Assembly (NCBI GenBank): GCA_030390025.1
Contig: JASTWF010000070.1
Span: forward strand, 1,240,001 to 1,304,000
Length of the DNA: 64,000 bases
Origin: Squalus acanthias
Lineage: Eukaryota
Direction: 5' to 3'
Within the stretch, counting starts at the first letter, position 1, and every line of letters starts with the position of its first letter. Under the pieces are notes generated by a model. That model had not been told where the DNA came from. It was given only the letters and a program-made list of their open reading frames with translations, and made no database searches. Shown in pieces: positions 12,831 to 26,879 of this stretch. The position numbers and the translations under genes were made by a program.

Positions 12831-12855
12831 CTCTTTTATTCTTTCTTCCTTTCAT
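12737..12855. repeat. (CTTT)n microsatellite; mirror copy ~61325-61400
   Basis: tandem tttc units. Confidence 0.9.
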
Positions 12856-14530
12856 TCTTGTAAAATAACAATAGAAAATGCTGGAAATACAGACCGGGTC
12901 AGTCAGCATGTGAGAGGCGGAAAGATCAGTAACTGACCACTTCAGGTGCAGGTTCCACCCCCGGAACCGCACTAACCTGTCTGTTCCCGTTACAGACACT
13001 GACCGACCGGCCGTGTATTCCCAGCATTTTCTGTTTTTAATTAATTTCCTATAATAGCAGATTTTTTCCGTTTTACTTGAATATAATAAAGCTTTTGATT
13101 GTAACCCGCTTTTCACCGAGAGTCCACATATGTTCTGATATCTCAAACTGATGCAGCCCTTTCAAACAGCCGCCACGGGCACAATGGGCCGAATGGCCTC
13201 CTTCTGTGCTGCACCATTCTATAAGATTCCGGAAGGTTTTTTTACGATTCATATTTTTTTAGAATTGCGTGTTAGAAACTGATCGGCTTTAAATGTTGCG
13301 GCGATGATAATTAAGCCGGGCTCTGTGACCGGGTATTGAAGAGCTCACTGAATAAAGAGAGGACATTGTACACAGGCTGGGAATTAATGTAGTGACTCTG
13401 CCTAACAATATTGTAAACGCTTTACAGAAAATTACACAGAATATACAGCACACAAACAGGCCATTCGGACCAACCAGTCCATGACGGCGTTTATGTTCCA
13501 CTCGAGCCTCCTCCATTTCTTCCACATCTGACTCTATCAGCAAAACCCTCTATTCCCTTCTCCCTCATGTGCTTATCTAGCCTCCACTGAAGTGCATCTA
13601 TACGATTCGCCTCAACCACTCCCTGTGGTAGCGAGTTCCACATTCTCCCCACTCACTGGGTAAAGAAGATTCTCCTGAATTCCCGATTGGATTTCTTGGT
13701 GACTATCTTATATTGATGGCGTCTAGTTTTGCTCTTCCCCACAAGTGGAAACATTCTCTCTGTGTCTACTCTATCAAAAGCTTTCATCATTTTAAAGACC
13801 TCTATTCGGCCACCCCTCAGCCTTCTCTTTTCCCCGGTTTGATGAAGGGTTTTCACTGTTTGATATTTCTAGTGAAAGGGGGAACAAGGATTGTAAAAGA
13901 TTCTCGCTCCAGAGGCAAGTAAGGATTCCTCCCCGCGCGGGTGAACTGATTTCTCTCTCGGGATCAGCTCAGTCTCGCTGGTCCCGGAGCGATCCGTTCA
14001 ACACTGGGCGGTAGCGGGAACCGACAGATCAACCCAGGAGAATCGGCGCTATCCCCGGGGGGACACTGGACAGGGAGAGTCAGCAGACACAGCCTGGGGG
14101 AGGGGAGAGGGTCATCAGCGAGAGAATGAGATGGAGAGAAAGTTCCCTTCAACAAGCATCACCCAGTCTCACTCACACACACGGGGCTGGTCAGTAATTG
14201 TCACTGCGCCGCTCCATGGTAAAGCGCCGGTCCTGCTCTATAAACAGTGGGGAGATTGCGAATAATGAGCTCAGACAGATTAAATATGGCAGCACGAAAT
14301 TCAGAATAAAACCAGTCCCGGCAAACGAATACAATCCCGAGAAGTCCCGGTGTTGCTGGCGACAGGGAGTCGATCCAACCGATTGTGTGCTGGGACAGCG
14401 GGTCTCGGGAGGGTCCTCTCTCTCTCCCAGCCCAGAGCCGGACACCCGACGGCTGCGGTCAGGGGGACAAAACGACACAGGAATAAAACCAGCAGCAACA
14501 TTGAAAGTTACAAATGACCGTAAATTGGTT

Positions 14531-14540
14531 GGGATTCCCC
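14531..14540. promoter_or_regulatory. NF-kB consensus site in J-C intron, cluster 2 (also 28867-28876, 45237-45246, 59599-59608)
   Basis: GGGATTCCCC / GGGGAATTCC / GGGGAATCCC all fit GGGRNWYYCC. Confidence 0.5.
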
Positions 14541-16063
14541 CGGGGGCTGTCCCGCCGGCTCCGAGCAATGTTTTTTTTAAATCGGGCGGTGCCGACTCTG
14601 GACAGCAGGAATAATTCTACATACACTAAGAGCAGAAGTAAGGCATAGTAGAGAATCATACAAACAGAATGATGCCATTCAGCCCATTCAGCTCCAGTGC
14701 CGGCTCTTTGAAAGAGCTCTCCAATCAGTCCCACTCCCCTGCTCTTTCCCCACAGCCCTGCAATTTTCTCCTGTTCAGGTCTCAGTGTAACATAGTGACA
14801 TATTCAGTGTCCACTGTCAGAACTTCACAGTGTAGCTCACAACTTTCCGCTCTTTCTCTCTGTCTCTCTGTCTCTTGCCGCACCCGAATGATACTGGCGG
14901 TTAGTAGGTTAAATTACGAGGACGGGTTGCTTAACTTGGTTTGTATTCCCTTGAGTTTCGAAGATTCAGGGGTGATCTGATCGAGGTGTTTAAAATGTGA
15001 AAAAGGATTCGATCGGGTAAACACAGAGAAACGATTTCCTCCGGTCGGGGAATCAAGAACCAGGGGACATCAACTTCAAATTAGAGCCCGGCCATTGAGG
15101 AGGGAGGCATTTTTTCACACAGGCTCGAGTGGCTGAATGGCCTCCTCCTGTTCCTATGTCACTATTTTATCAATCAGTGCCACTCTAAGGACATTCAGCC
15201 CATCGTGCCTGTGCCGGCTCTTTGAATAGAGCTATCCAATTATTCCCACTCCCCTACTCTTTCCCGAAAGACCTGCATTTATCCTTTTCAAGTATTTCTC
15301 CAATTCCCTTTTGAAAGTCACTATTGAATCTGCTTCCACCGCCCTTCCAGGCAGCGCATTCCAGATCACAGCAACTCGCTGCGTAAAAAAAATCACCTCA
15401 GGTAAACTCTGATTCTTTTGCCAATTATCTTAAATCGTGTTCTCTGCTTAACGACACTCCTGCCAGTGGAATCAGTTTCTGCTTATTTACTCTATCAAAC
15501 CATTCATGATTTTGAACAGCCAGATCAAATCTCCCCTTAACCTTCTCTGCTCTAAGGAGAACAATCCCAGCTTTTCCAGTCTCTCCACATAACTGAAGTC
15601 CCTCATCCCTGGAACCATTCTGGTAAATCTCCGCTGTACCGTCTCCAAGGACTTGACATCCTTCCCAAAGTGCTTTATCAAAACCAATTTACTGTTTACA
15701 TTAACTTATAAGTTCAAAGTATTTCTCCAATTCCCTTTTGATAGTTACTATTGAATCTGCTTCCACCGCCCTTTCAGGCAGCGCATTCCAGATCACAACA
15801 ACTCGCTGCGTAAAAAGAACACTTCTCCTCATCTCCCCTATTGAATGGGAGCAGGAAATGGTGTCAAATTAATTTCAGCGCAGTATTATTCCCCGAGGCG
15901 CTTCAACAATTCCAATTCTGATCAGTTTAACATTGTTTGGGTATAAATAGATTCAACATCAAAATTCACTGAATGGAGATTTCTCTGGCGCCCGGGAATG
16001 AAAGCGACTGTAAATTCATAATAATTGAAACAATGTGAATAATACAATGAGAGAGTCACTTAC

Positions 16064-16416
16064 TCTTTATACTCAGGACGGTCCCCGGTCCGAAGATGTA
16101 TCCCGAGTCCCACACAGCACAGTAATAGACGGCGGAGTCACGGACACCAGGGTTCCGATGATCAGAATGTAACTGTTACCGGAGGCGTCTCTGGAAGGTT
16201 GAAAACGGTCTGTGAAGCCGGTGCCTCGGTATATATCATTATCTTTTTCATATGTTAGCACCCACACCGGAGCTTCCCCGGGTCGCTGTCGGTACCAGCT
16301 CACATTCTTACGGCCCACAGCCCCGTTCTCCATCGCACACTGTAACCGGGCGGTCTGACCCGCGGAGACAGGATCGGATATTGGGGACTGATTGAGGACG
16401 GGAGCCGCCAGGACAC
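16064..16416 (-). pseudogene. germline-joined VJ exon, cluster 2, 1-bp frameshift in FR3
   Basis: 353 nt versus 354 nt in the others; GTGTCCGTGAC replaces GTGCCCGGTGAC near 16140; CAVWDSGYIFGPGTVLSIK is out of frame. Confidence 0.88.
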
Positions 16417-16568
16417 CTTCAGTAAAAGAAAAAAATCAACCCATTCAGAGACTTGGAGCAAATAGGATGTTAATACGTTAATAAACACTGAGAGAAAACC
16501 GCCCGATTCTTGGTATTTAAACGACTTTGTTGCGAGTAAACTCGTGACTAAAACCATCCGTGTCTCAC

Positions 16569-16617
16569 CTGTTAAATGGATCAGCAGAGCCCACAGGAGA
16601 TGCATCGCTGGAGCCAT
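16569..16617 (-). CDS. leader exon, cluster 2
   Basis: MAPAMHLLWALLIHLTG, GTGAG donor. Confidence 0.88.
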
Positions 16618-16734
16618 TTCGTCCGGAGAAGCGCCAAAAGCCACCGCTCAAATTTCCGTCTGAATCGTGCGCTGTTCCTGTAAACTCCGGGACCCGGTCC
16701 GGTTACAGTGTCTGCAAACCCGAGACTCTGGGTC

Positions 16735-16757
16735 TATTTATTACCCGTTATGCAAAT
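16735..16757 (-). promoter_or_regulatory. octamer + TATA-like V promoter, cluster 2
   Basis: ATGCAAAT at 16750-16757; TATTTATTA at 16735-16743. Confidence 0.9.
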
Positions 16758-18109
16758 GTTTGGGAGGGGCCAGGAAAAGGAAGGAGGCAAATTTTCAATT
16801 CGGGTATTTTTAAAATCTATTTGTGCCTGACTAAATTATGAAAATCTTAAACCTTTAATTTATAAAAATGTTTAAACTCCAATTGGAGTCTCTGTTAAGA
16901 GAAGGTTCCAAGATTCCGAAGATTTTTGCGTTTAATGAATATTTAGTCTGTGTTCTACCCCAGAAAAATGAGGGGCGGATTGTAGACATATGGATCAGCT
17001 GATGCACTTCGGCCGGAATCGTTCTAATAACGCACTATTACTCTCTGATATACTGCATCAGATTTTAAAGTAATCTTTTCCCCATAAAATACATATTTCA
17101 TAATAGACTGACGTCCCTTTCTCTAAATCAGCAGCAAGGCAACCCTGGATTTGTCAATCCCTTTAAAATTGGGGTTTCAATTGACAAATATGGTTTGGGA
17201 TTCGGTCTGTAAATACAATTCTGATGAGAATATTGATGAGGCGGAGTAAAGAGTTAATTAGATGAATGAGAAAGAGGGGAAGAAATCGCCAATTTACAGC
17301 CTGCCCCGGATTAAAGAGAAGTTGTTCTATTATAAAGAGTCACCCCCTTTAAAACTCAGGAGCGCAAATAAAACTCGGCACAATATTAATAAAATAACAC
17401 CTTGCCTTTAATTTCCTGCGGGTCCGATTAACGCGCGCATTTCCCGTTTTAAACCCTGTTCCAGTTGAATTATTAAGCGGCGGGGTTAGTTGTTTCTGGG
17501 GCTCTGTGATGTTGAACACTTCCCCTGTTTGGAGTCAATCCCTAACTCCCCACAATGAGTCTTGGTTCATGTTTTTAAAAGTCAGATTGAAACTGGTTAG
17601 TGTCAGTTACTTGAGGGCGAAAGAAACATGCGTCAAATTGTTAATAATTGGGTTGTCTCGAGATATTAGCGTCAAAGGAATAATATTTTTTGTTTATTAA
17701 ATATCTGAAATGTGTAACTGTGAAGTTAGGTATTCCCCTGTTCCTTAGTAAAACAGACAGAGCGGCCGGAGGGATTCTCGTCCTCTGGAGTAGCCGGCAC
17801 TGAATTCGGGCAGGGATTGATTCTCACCTGGACAAGGGGTTTTTCGGTGAAGCCCAGGTGCTTGGTTCTGTTTCTGCGCTTGAACTGATCACTGATTTCT
17901 CTGGTCTGTTAGAATTATTAAAGGGGCTTTGGTGCTGTGACTGGAGCTGCTCTCTCCGAACCTTGCACAGGTCCCCAAAGCTTTGTCACTGCTCACACCG
18001 ACACGGGCGACTGGTGAACCAATCATTGCAGAGCACTGGCCACACCGCGCACTGCATCTTGGGAACTGTAGGTCCATATTGGGCAATGCATAAGATCAGC
18101 GTGTCTATT

Positions 18110-18990
18110 GACACCACTGTGTCAGCTCTACCTCACCACGGCCTCTCTCGACTCCATCACTGTCTGCAAATTTTCACACGGCTTGTCCGACATCCAGCAC
18201 TGGATGAGCAGAAATTTCCTCCAACGAAATTGTGGGAAGACCGAAGCCATTCTCTTTGGTCTCCGCCACAAGTTCCATTCCCTCACCACCGACTCAATCC
18301 CTCTCCCTGGGAACTGTCTGAGTCTGATACAGACTGTTGGCAACCATGATGTCATATCTGCCATAACTAAGACAGCCTATTTCCACCTCAATAACAACGC
18401 TCGACTCTGCCGTGCCTCAGCTCATCATCTGCTGAAACCATCATGCGCAACGTTTTTAGCTCATGTCTTTTCTATACCAACACACACCTGGCCGGCCTCC
18501 CACTTTCTACCCTCCGTAAACTTGAGACTATCCAAAACATGCACCAAGTCCCTTCACCCCTGTGCTCGCTGACCTACATTGGCTCCCGGTTACATAACAC
18601 CTCAATTTTTATATGATCATTCTTGTCTTCAAATCCGTCCATGGCCTCACCCCTCCCTGTCTCTGTCATCTCCTCCAGCCCTGCAACATTCCAAGATATC
18701 TGCGTTCCTCCAATTCTGGCCTCTTGCACATCACTCCACCATTGGTGGCAGTGCTTTCAGCTGGCTAGGCCCTAAGCTCTGGACTTCCCTCGCTGCACCT
18801 CTCTGCTTCTCTACCTCTCTTTCCGCCTTTAAGACACTCCTTAAAAGCTGCCTCTTTGATCAAGTTTTTGGTCTTCGGCCCTAATATCTCCTTATGTGGC
18901 TCGGTGTCAAAGTTTTTCATAACACTCCTGTGAAGTAACTTTGGACGTTTTACTACATTAAAGGTGCTATATGAATACAAGTTGTTGTTG
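18110..18990 (+). mobile_element. L2-clade LINE 3' fragment (paralogs ~31985-32830 plus; ~34270-35240 and ~55150-56030 minus)
   Basis: KTAYFHL..ARL and AFVTSRLDYS motifs; tail gctatatgaatacaag(ttg)n. Confidence 0.75.
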
Positions 18991-19374
18991 TTGTTGTTGG
19001 AGGTGGGGCGGGACTTTAGTCAGGATTCACATAGAACAGTTTACCTTACAGCAAACAAACTCTATTTATTCAGCAAACCAAGCCTATTTAAGCAGCGCAT
19101 GACAGCCAACAGTCTACAGGGTCTATTTAAAAAGAGCGTGTACAAACTACAGCAAACTCAACTCATGACCGGAACTAAACAACTTCGCCCGATAAAAGCT
19201 GGCTGATTTCTCCAGCATAATGTAGTGAGTCGAGGATACTTCGAGAATACAAATTATGTGCGTAATATGTTACTGTTATATATTTAGGTGTTACCCAGAG
19301 CAGCTATTAGTTTTTTTTACAGTATTTATCACACTATCTAATGCCATAATTGAGCTCAATACATCGCATCTACT

Positions 19375-20876
19375 TACATAGAATCACAGAATCATAGAAG
19401 ATAGGAGCAGGAGTAGGCCATTCGGCCCCTCTAGCAAGCTCCGCCATTCAATGCGATCACGGCTGATCATCCAAATTCAGTACCCTGTCACTGCTTTCTC
19501 CCCATATTCCTTGATCTCTTTAGCCTGAAGAAATATATCCAACTCCTTCTTGAATCTATTTAATGAAATGCTCCCTACTGCCTTCTGTGGCAGAGAATTC
19601 CACTGGTTCACCACTCTCTGGGTGAAGAAATTCCTCCTCATTTCTGTCCTAAATGGCTTACCCATAATCCTTAGACTGTGACCCCTGGTTCTGGACTCGC
19701 CCACCATCGGGAACATCCTTCCTGCATCTAGTTTTTCCTGTCCTGACAGAATTTTATAAGTTTCAATGAGATCCCCTCTCATTCTTCTAAACTCCAGCGA
19801 GTAAAAGCCCAATCGACCCAATCTCTCTTCATACGTCATTCCTGCCATCCCAGGTATCAGCCTTGTGAATATTCGCTGAACTCCTTCCAGGACAAGAACA
19901 TCTTTCCTCAGATAAGGCGACCAGAACTGCACATACTACTCAAGGTGTGGTCTCACCAAGCCCCTGTACAACTGCAGCAAGAGATCCTTGTTCCTGTACT
20001 CAAAACCTCTCGCTATGAAGGCCAACATAGCATTTGCCCTCTTAACCGCCTGCTGCACCTGCATGCTTACTTTCAGCGACTGGTGCACAAGGACACCCAG
20101 GTCTCGTTGCACTTACCCTTCTCCCAATCTATTGCCATTCAGATAATAATCTGCCTTTCTGTTTTTGACACCAAATTGGATAACCTCGTATTTATCCACG
20201 TTATATTGCATCTGCCACGCATCTGCCCAATCACCCAACCTGTCCAAATCATCCTGGACTTTCTCGGCATCCTCCTCGTAGCACACATTCCCACCCAGCT
20301 TTGTGTCGTCGGCAAACTTGGAGATATTACATCTGGTTCCATGATCTAGATCATTAATGTATATTGTGAATAGCTGGGTTCCAAGGACCGATCCCTGCGG
20401 TACCCCACTAGTCACTGCCTGCCACTCGGAAAAGACCCGTTTATTCCAACTCTTTGCTTTCTGTCTGCCAACCAGTTCTCTATCCAAGTCAATACCTTGC
20501 CCCCAATCCCATGTGCCTTAACTTTACACGCTAATCTCTTATGCGGGACCTTATCAAAAGCCTTTTGTAAGGCCAAATACACCACATCCACTGGTTCTCC
20601 CTTATTTATTTTACCAGTTATATCCTCAAAAAATTCCAGTAGATTAGTCAAGCCTGATTTACCTTTTGTAAATCCATGTTGACTCTGTCCGATACTGTCA
20701 CTGTTTTGCAAGTGCTCAGCTATTACATCTTTTATAATGGACTCCAGCATTTTCCCCGCTACCGATGTCAGGCTTACCGGTCTGTAATTCCCCATTTTCT
20801 CTCTACCACCCTTTTTGAATAGTGCGGTAACATTAGCTACCCTCCAATCAATGGGTACTTTTCCAGATTCCATCAT
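19375..20876 (-). mobile_element. 5'-truncated CR1 LINE RT fragment (mirror copy 53255-54752, plus)
   Basis: [28 protein letters not shown]; tail atcatagaa. Confidence 0.92.
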
Positions 20877-23800
20877 GTACTAAATCACCAACACTGGTAT
20901 TAATATGGAAAGAAGGAAAAGTGAGGGATTATTAATTATTGCTAGTAAAGTGCGCCTTTCTGGAAACATGTTGACAGGGTTTATAGCTCCATTTCAGTTA
21001 GTGAAGGGGATGCAGTAACAGAGAGACCTGGGGTTCAGGTACACCCATCTTTCAAGGTAGCAGGACAACTTGCGATGGCTGTTGAAATAGAGGTATAGAT
21101 GACAAAACAAGGGCGTTATGCTGAACCTTAATAAACACTGGTTAGGCCTCAGCTGGAGTATTGTGTTCAATTCTGGGCACCACAATTTAAGAAAGATGTC
21201 AAGACCTTGTAGAGGAGATTTACGAGAATGGTACCAGGGATGAGGGACTTCACTTATGAGGAGAGACTGGAATAGTTCTCCTTAGAGCAGGGAGGGTTAA
21301 GGGGTGATTTCGATGCTGGGTTTCCTGAGCACCGGGAAACCCGGCTCGCAGCCGTTAAATTCAAGTCAGGCTCCCAACTGCACTGTGGGAGCCTAATTTA
21401 AATATTATAATGAGTTTTCCCGCCTGAGAGCTTAGATATAGCGGCAGGAGCTTATGCAGTTGGTTCAGGTGGGGTTAGCTCATTTTTATATGTAAACCCC
21501 ACCCCCCACATTCTCCCGCCCATCTTATTCCCATCCATTCCCCCAATAGGGTTCCCAGGTCCTATTGCATTCAGGAATGAATTGCTGGGTCAATAAAGTA
21601 TTCTAAGAGCACTGTATGTAGGTTACAGAGCACCAACAACAAATTGTTTTTATGCAAAGCCTTTAACATAGTAAAACGTCCCAAGGTGCTGCACAGGAGC
21701 GCTTAACAAACAATATTTGTTACTGATCCACATAAGGAGATAGTGGGACAGGTGACTAAAAGCTTGCTCAGGAAGGTGGGTTGGAAGGAGGGTCTTAAAG
21801 GTGAAGAGAGAGGCGGAGAGGTTTAGAGAAGAGACTCGGGCAGATTGGGAATCATCGAGTTTCGCTACCAACTGTTAAAATTTGAAAATCTTCAGAAATT
21901 TGCGGGGAATCGAACAGGTGGAGCACTTTAAGTGACAGGTGTGTCAATCCGCCGCATTCACAGCTCCAGGATTGTCCTTTCGCTTTGGAGTCAAGGCCGG
22001 GAATTGCTTAGCTGGGCGGGTCCGGTGCGGACGGTGGCCACGGCGGGTCGCGACCCCGCTGCTGGCACCATGCCTCTGCTGCAACTTAACTCACGTTAAT
22101 GGGGCCTATCAAGCCCGACCAGCGCGTTACCCGGCCCAATGAGATGGAGCGAGTCAGGTGACGTCATTCATGACGCGTTATCAGCCGGGATCGTTGAAGG
22201 GACCATGGCCACATCACAGTTGAAGTTTAATCTTACATCGTGCTGTCGTTTCACTAAGGGACATGGGGGAGAGATGACAGCGGGATCCTGACCCGCTGAC
22301 AAAAAAATCAAAATTCCCTCTCGACCCCCCCACCGAGCTCGCCCGCTATCACACCGGAAAATACCGGCTGGGTCTGCACCGAGTTCTAAACGACTCCAAC
22401 CTAAAGTCCAACTGCAATCTTAGGGGGGAATTTTCCTGGGGTTCAGCGGCGGGATCGGTAGCGGGTCAGGAGGGAAAATGTTCGTTTTACTGTGGTCGGG
22501 ATCCCGCTGTCAACCCGACACCAGCGCCTTTACCAAATGTCGGGTCTGACAGCGCTAAACAGACCCGACACGCAGCGGCGGGGGAGGCAATTCAGGTCAT
22601 TATGACCTTGTTAACAGAGCAGTAACACCAATTTTGAGCTCACCTTTAGAACTTACCAGCTCGCCAACGGGGTCCACGCTGCTGGGGCATCACGTCTGTT
22701 AGGCTGGGCGGGAGTTGAATCGCCATCTCATTACTTGACATCTGGAAATGTGCTATAAAAGCTCCCATCTCACAGCTGTTCACTTTCCAAATTAAAAGCT
22801 GTTGCTTGCTGCATTTGGAAGAGAGATTGAGCATTAAGCAGATTTCAAGTGTTTGGAGCAAACTCGTTCATAGTACGTGTAATTATTACGTACGCATGCA
22901 CGGTTAATATGTAAGCTCGTGTCACCTCATTGGAACAACTTCTTTCACCATTGACACATTCCTTCTCTCATCTCAAGTTCACCTGCCATCTATTCCATCA
23001 GCATGGGTATGGTTTATACTCTCCCACCTTGGTCCTCATAATCTGAGCACAATCAGCCGCAACACCGGCATCATCAGGCACACCAGCAGCACCAACAACA
23101 ACACCAACCTTCTCCGCAATCATCTGATGCTGCACAGGACAGAGGGCATTAGCACCCGACCACATTGCTGTCTGGGGCTCCAGCGATGGCCTCACCGTGG
23201 CCAGATTTACTTCACTTGACACTCCACACCCATATGGCTGCCACATGATGTGCCAGGTTGGCACCACCCCAAACCAACAACGTAAAGCATCCCTCCAATT
23301 CCCAAGCCATTTCTTTTTCACTCATCAACATTGCGGAGGTGGGGGTACGATTATGTTTCAACATTCACTGCAACTCACTAAGGCACTTTCAAAGGTGCAC
23401 ACCAATCTGTCGAAGAATGGAAGAAGTGCAGAACAAAAAGATTTCCATGTCTTATAACAGAAATTTCAAATGATAATTGGCTAAAACACGAAAGTGCCTA
23501 TCCTTGTGTGTTGTTAGTTGGTATCATTGGACTAAGATGATGGTGAGTGTGAGAGGAGGCTAGTGATATGTGGAAGTGAGAATGTAGACAGAGAGGGATT
23601 GGTAGAGGTGCAAGGTAAGTTGGTGTGAGGAAGGCTGTGCAGCAGTAGGACAGGGAAGCACAAGTCATGGGGATGAGGTTGAGTGTGTCTTTGCATTAAC
23701 ATTTCGTGTTCTACTGAGATCATTGAATGGTTTGTGCCACTGAAGTCTTGTCGTCTTGACGATATCCCTGCTTCTGTCGTCCTGTACAATGTGCAACCAG

Positions 23801-26550
23801 GCTGCGTTGATCTCCTGGGGAGGTGTCTTTGGAAGGGAAAAGAGCCTCCCTACGTGCTCTGAAGGGAGTCAGGGGAGAGCTGGGTGCAGCTGTGCACCTC
23901 TGTGAAGTGCCTATCAATGTTTGCAGCACTTCAATGCTGCAGAACAGGAACAACACTTATGTGAAAGTACATTTGTGTATGGTCCCTTTAAGTAAACCGG
24001 CTGATGACGCGGCATTAAATGACGTCATCACACACCCTTCCTTCAATTGGCTGGGAAACTCGCAAAACGGGATTAACAAGCCCAATCAGGGGCAAATCAT
24101 GTCGGAGGCTGAGATTGAGCCAGCAGCCAGGCCGCGACCCACCAACGACCTCGCCCGCCACGGACCCGCCCAGTTAGGGGAAATCGCGGCCTCGGTGTCT
24201 CCACAGCGAGTCTTTGACACAGACCTACTATACTGTGTGGGAAATGTTCATCTTTTCCTCTTTTGCCGACCCGCGTGTAGTTCCTAAAGTATCCTCCAGT
24301 TCCACGTTCACAGCCCAGCCCAAAGACCCTGACCATACGTTCATTATCTGTTCTTTTCCGACCTGGAAGATGTCCCCTTTCAATATTTGATTGAACAACG
24401 GAATCAGACCGACTTTTAGCAATCTCTTTCATAATCTATTCCCAGAATCATGCGTGGCGCTCTTTAATGAATGGACTATAATGGATCAATTTCGCTTTTG
24501 AAGTTAGGGTGCCAAAGGTGACACATGTGGTTTCAGCACCGATCTACAGAAGCTTAATGTTTGGAAATCAAACAGCCACGTGATGTGTGGTGTCAGAATA
24601 ATCCTTATCCTTCACTGTAATAAATGCTGGTGGACTCAAGAGATAGAGAGATTAATAATCTTTATTTATCAGCACAATTATAGAAACTTAGCACCTCCAG
24701 TGCTATGAGAATGATTTCAATTGTACTCACAAGCTCATCTATTTAATTATGCAAGGTAAGCAAGTTGATCGTACGTGTGATTATTACGTACGCACGCAGG
24801 ATTAATATGTAAATTCGTTCGTGCTCACACATGCTACTCGCAGTCCCGCCTCCCCCCACCAGCCTTGCACATGCTCATTGGCGACACTCTCTGTCCAGTG
24901 TTCTCTGGACATTTCACATGTATGATTAACCATATTCAGAATCCTCACTTGCTGATCTAGGAGCACAGGAACAGGAGTAGATCCACAGTGGATTACCTCA
25001 CACTTCCCCACATTGAGCGACATCTGTCACATTTCCCTCCACTCACAATCTGTACATATCCCCTTCCAAATTGTTGCTCCCATCTACACAAGTTACTGTG
25101 CCTACTAACTTAACACCACCTGCAAACAGGGATATACAACTCCCTATTCCTTCATCCAAATCATTAATAAATAGGGTGGAAAGATTGAGGCTCCAGAACA
25201 GATCCCTGGGGAACACCACTTGTCACATCCCGCCAATCTGTGTACCTACTCTTTATTCCGACTCTCTGTCTCCAGCTTCCCATCCAAACTCCAACCCAAA
25301 TAAAAAGGCTCCACCCATCCCATGTGGTCTCAACTTGTCCAATAATCTTTAATGTGGAACCTTATTGAATACCTTCTGGGATTCCATATAGACAACATCC
25401 ATAGACACTCCTTTCTGTATCTGATTAGTGATATCCTCAAGAAATGTAACTGGATTAGTCAGATATGATTTACCTTTAAGATAGCCATTCTGGCCCCCTC
25501 TGACTGGCTCATATTTGCTTAAATGTTCACTCACTCTATCCCTAATGACAGATTCTATTAACTTCCCCAGAACTGAGGTCGAACTGACAGGCCGGTAGTG
25601 ACCTGGCTTCTCTCTCCCACCCTACTTAAATAATCCAGCATCTGGAGCACAGTGTACAGGTTCTGGGCACCGCATCTCAGAAAGGATATACTGGAGGGAG
25701 TTCAGCGCTGATTCACCAGAATGTTACCAGGGATCCAAGAAATAAATTACGAGGAGAGATTAAAGAAACTAGGCTTGTACTCCCTGGAATATGTAATGTT
25801 AAGGGGTGATTTGTTTGAGGTTCATAGGATTTTGTAAGGGATCGATACTGTAGTCAGAGAGAAACTACTCCTCCGGTGGGGGGACGTCCAGAACAAGGAA
25901 GCATAACCTTAAAATTAAGAAATCCAATAGGGAATTCAGGAGCAACCTTTTATACCCAGAGAGTGCTGAGAATCTGGAACTCTCTACCATATGGAATTGT
26001 ATAGAAGCATTTAAGGGGAGGCTCGATGAGTACATGAGGGAGAAAGGAATAGAAGGATATGTTGATGGAGTGAGATGAATAGGGGTGGGAGGAGGCTCGT
26101 GTGGAGCATAAACACCGGCATAGACTGATTGGTCTGAAAGGTCTGTTTGTTCTGTACATTCTATGTAATCCACTCAATGTCCCTTTAAGTGCTGAGTAAA
26201 GACGGAACACTTTAAGCTCGTGGCAGCATTTCATGTTTATTAAGAGTTGTGTTACACAAGTTCGCAATCACAATATGGTCACAGCCTAAAGGGAAATCTG
26301 TCCCCATTCTACACACAGCGAAAGTTTACACACACGATTATGGGGATAGTTGTACAGACAGTTCCATCTCACAAAGCTGGACAATCATGTCGTTCTCTTC
26401 TGATATTATTCAACATTCGGGTTGTTTGTCAAAAATTGAAATTGCTACAGCGATTACATTGCAAAAAAAAGGCAATTGCACACATCAAATGATTTGGTTC
26501 ATTACATTAAACACAGCAAAAATCAAACTCCACTGCCAACACGCACCGCC

Positions 26551-26879
26551 TCAGTCGGAGCACGTGGAGGCGCTCATGGTCTTGAGAAGAGGCGAGCTCA
26601 GGGAGCCGTGGCTGACGCTGCAGGAGTAGCTGGAGCCCTTGTTCCAGGCGGCGGCGGGGACTCTCAGGTAACTGCTCAGGCTGTAGGTTTGATCGCTGTC
26701 CGGGGACACGGCGCCTGTCGTCACCCCGCTGTCTGTCTCTTGGCCATCCACGCTCCAGCGGAGCCGCACCAAGCCCGGCTTAAAGCGACTGACCAGGCAG
26801 GACAGAGTGGCCGATCCCGAGCCGATTTCTTCCGAGGAGGGAGGGAGGAGAAGCACCGAGGGGCTTCGATCCTCGCTGC
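26551..26879 (-). CDS. Ig light chain type I constant exon, cluster 3
   Basis: 329-nt open exon, AG acceptor, ends TCSD*. Confidence 0.95.

Noticed and set aside
14191-14614. 125-138 aa ORFs on both strands of the intronic island, repeated at 59525-59948
   Set aside because: Frames are broken in clusters 3 and 4 and have no recognisable domain; the similarity reflects duplication only.
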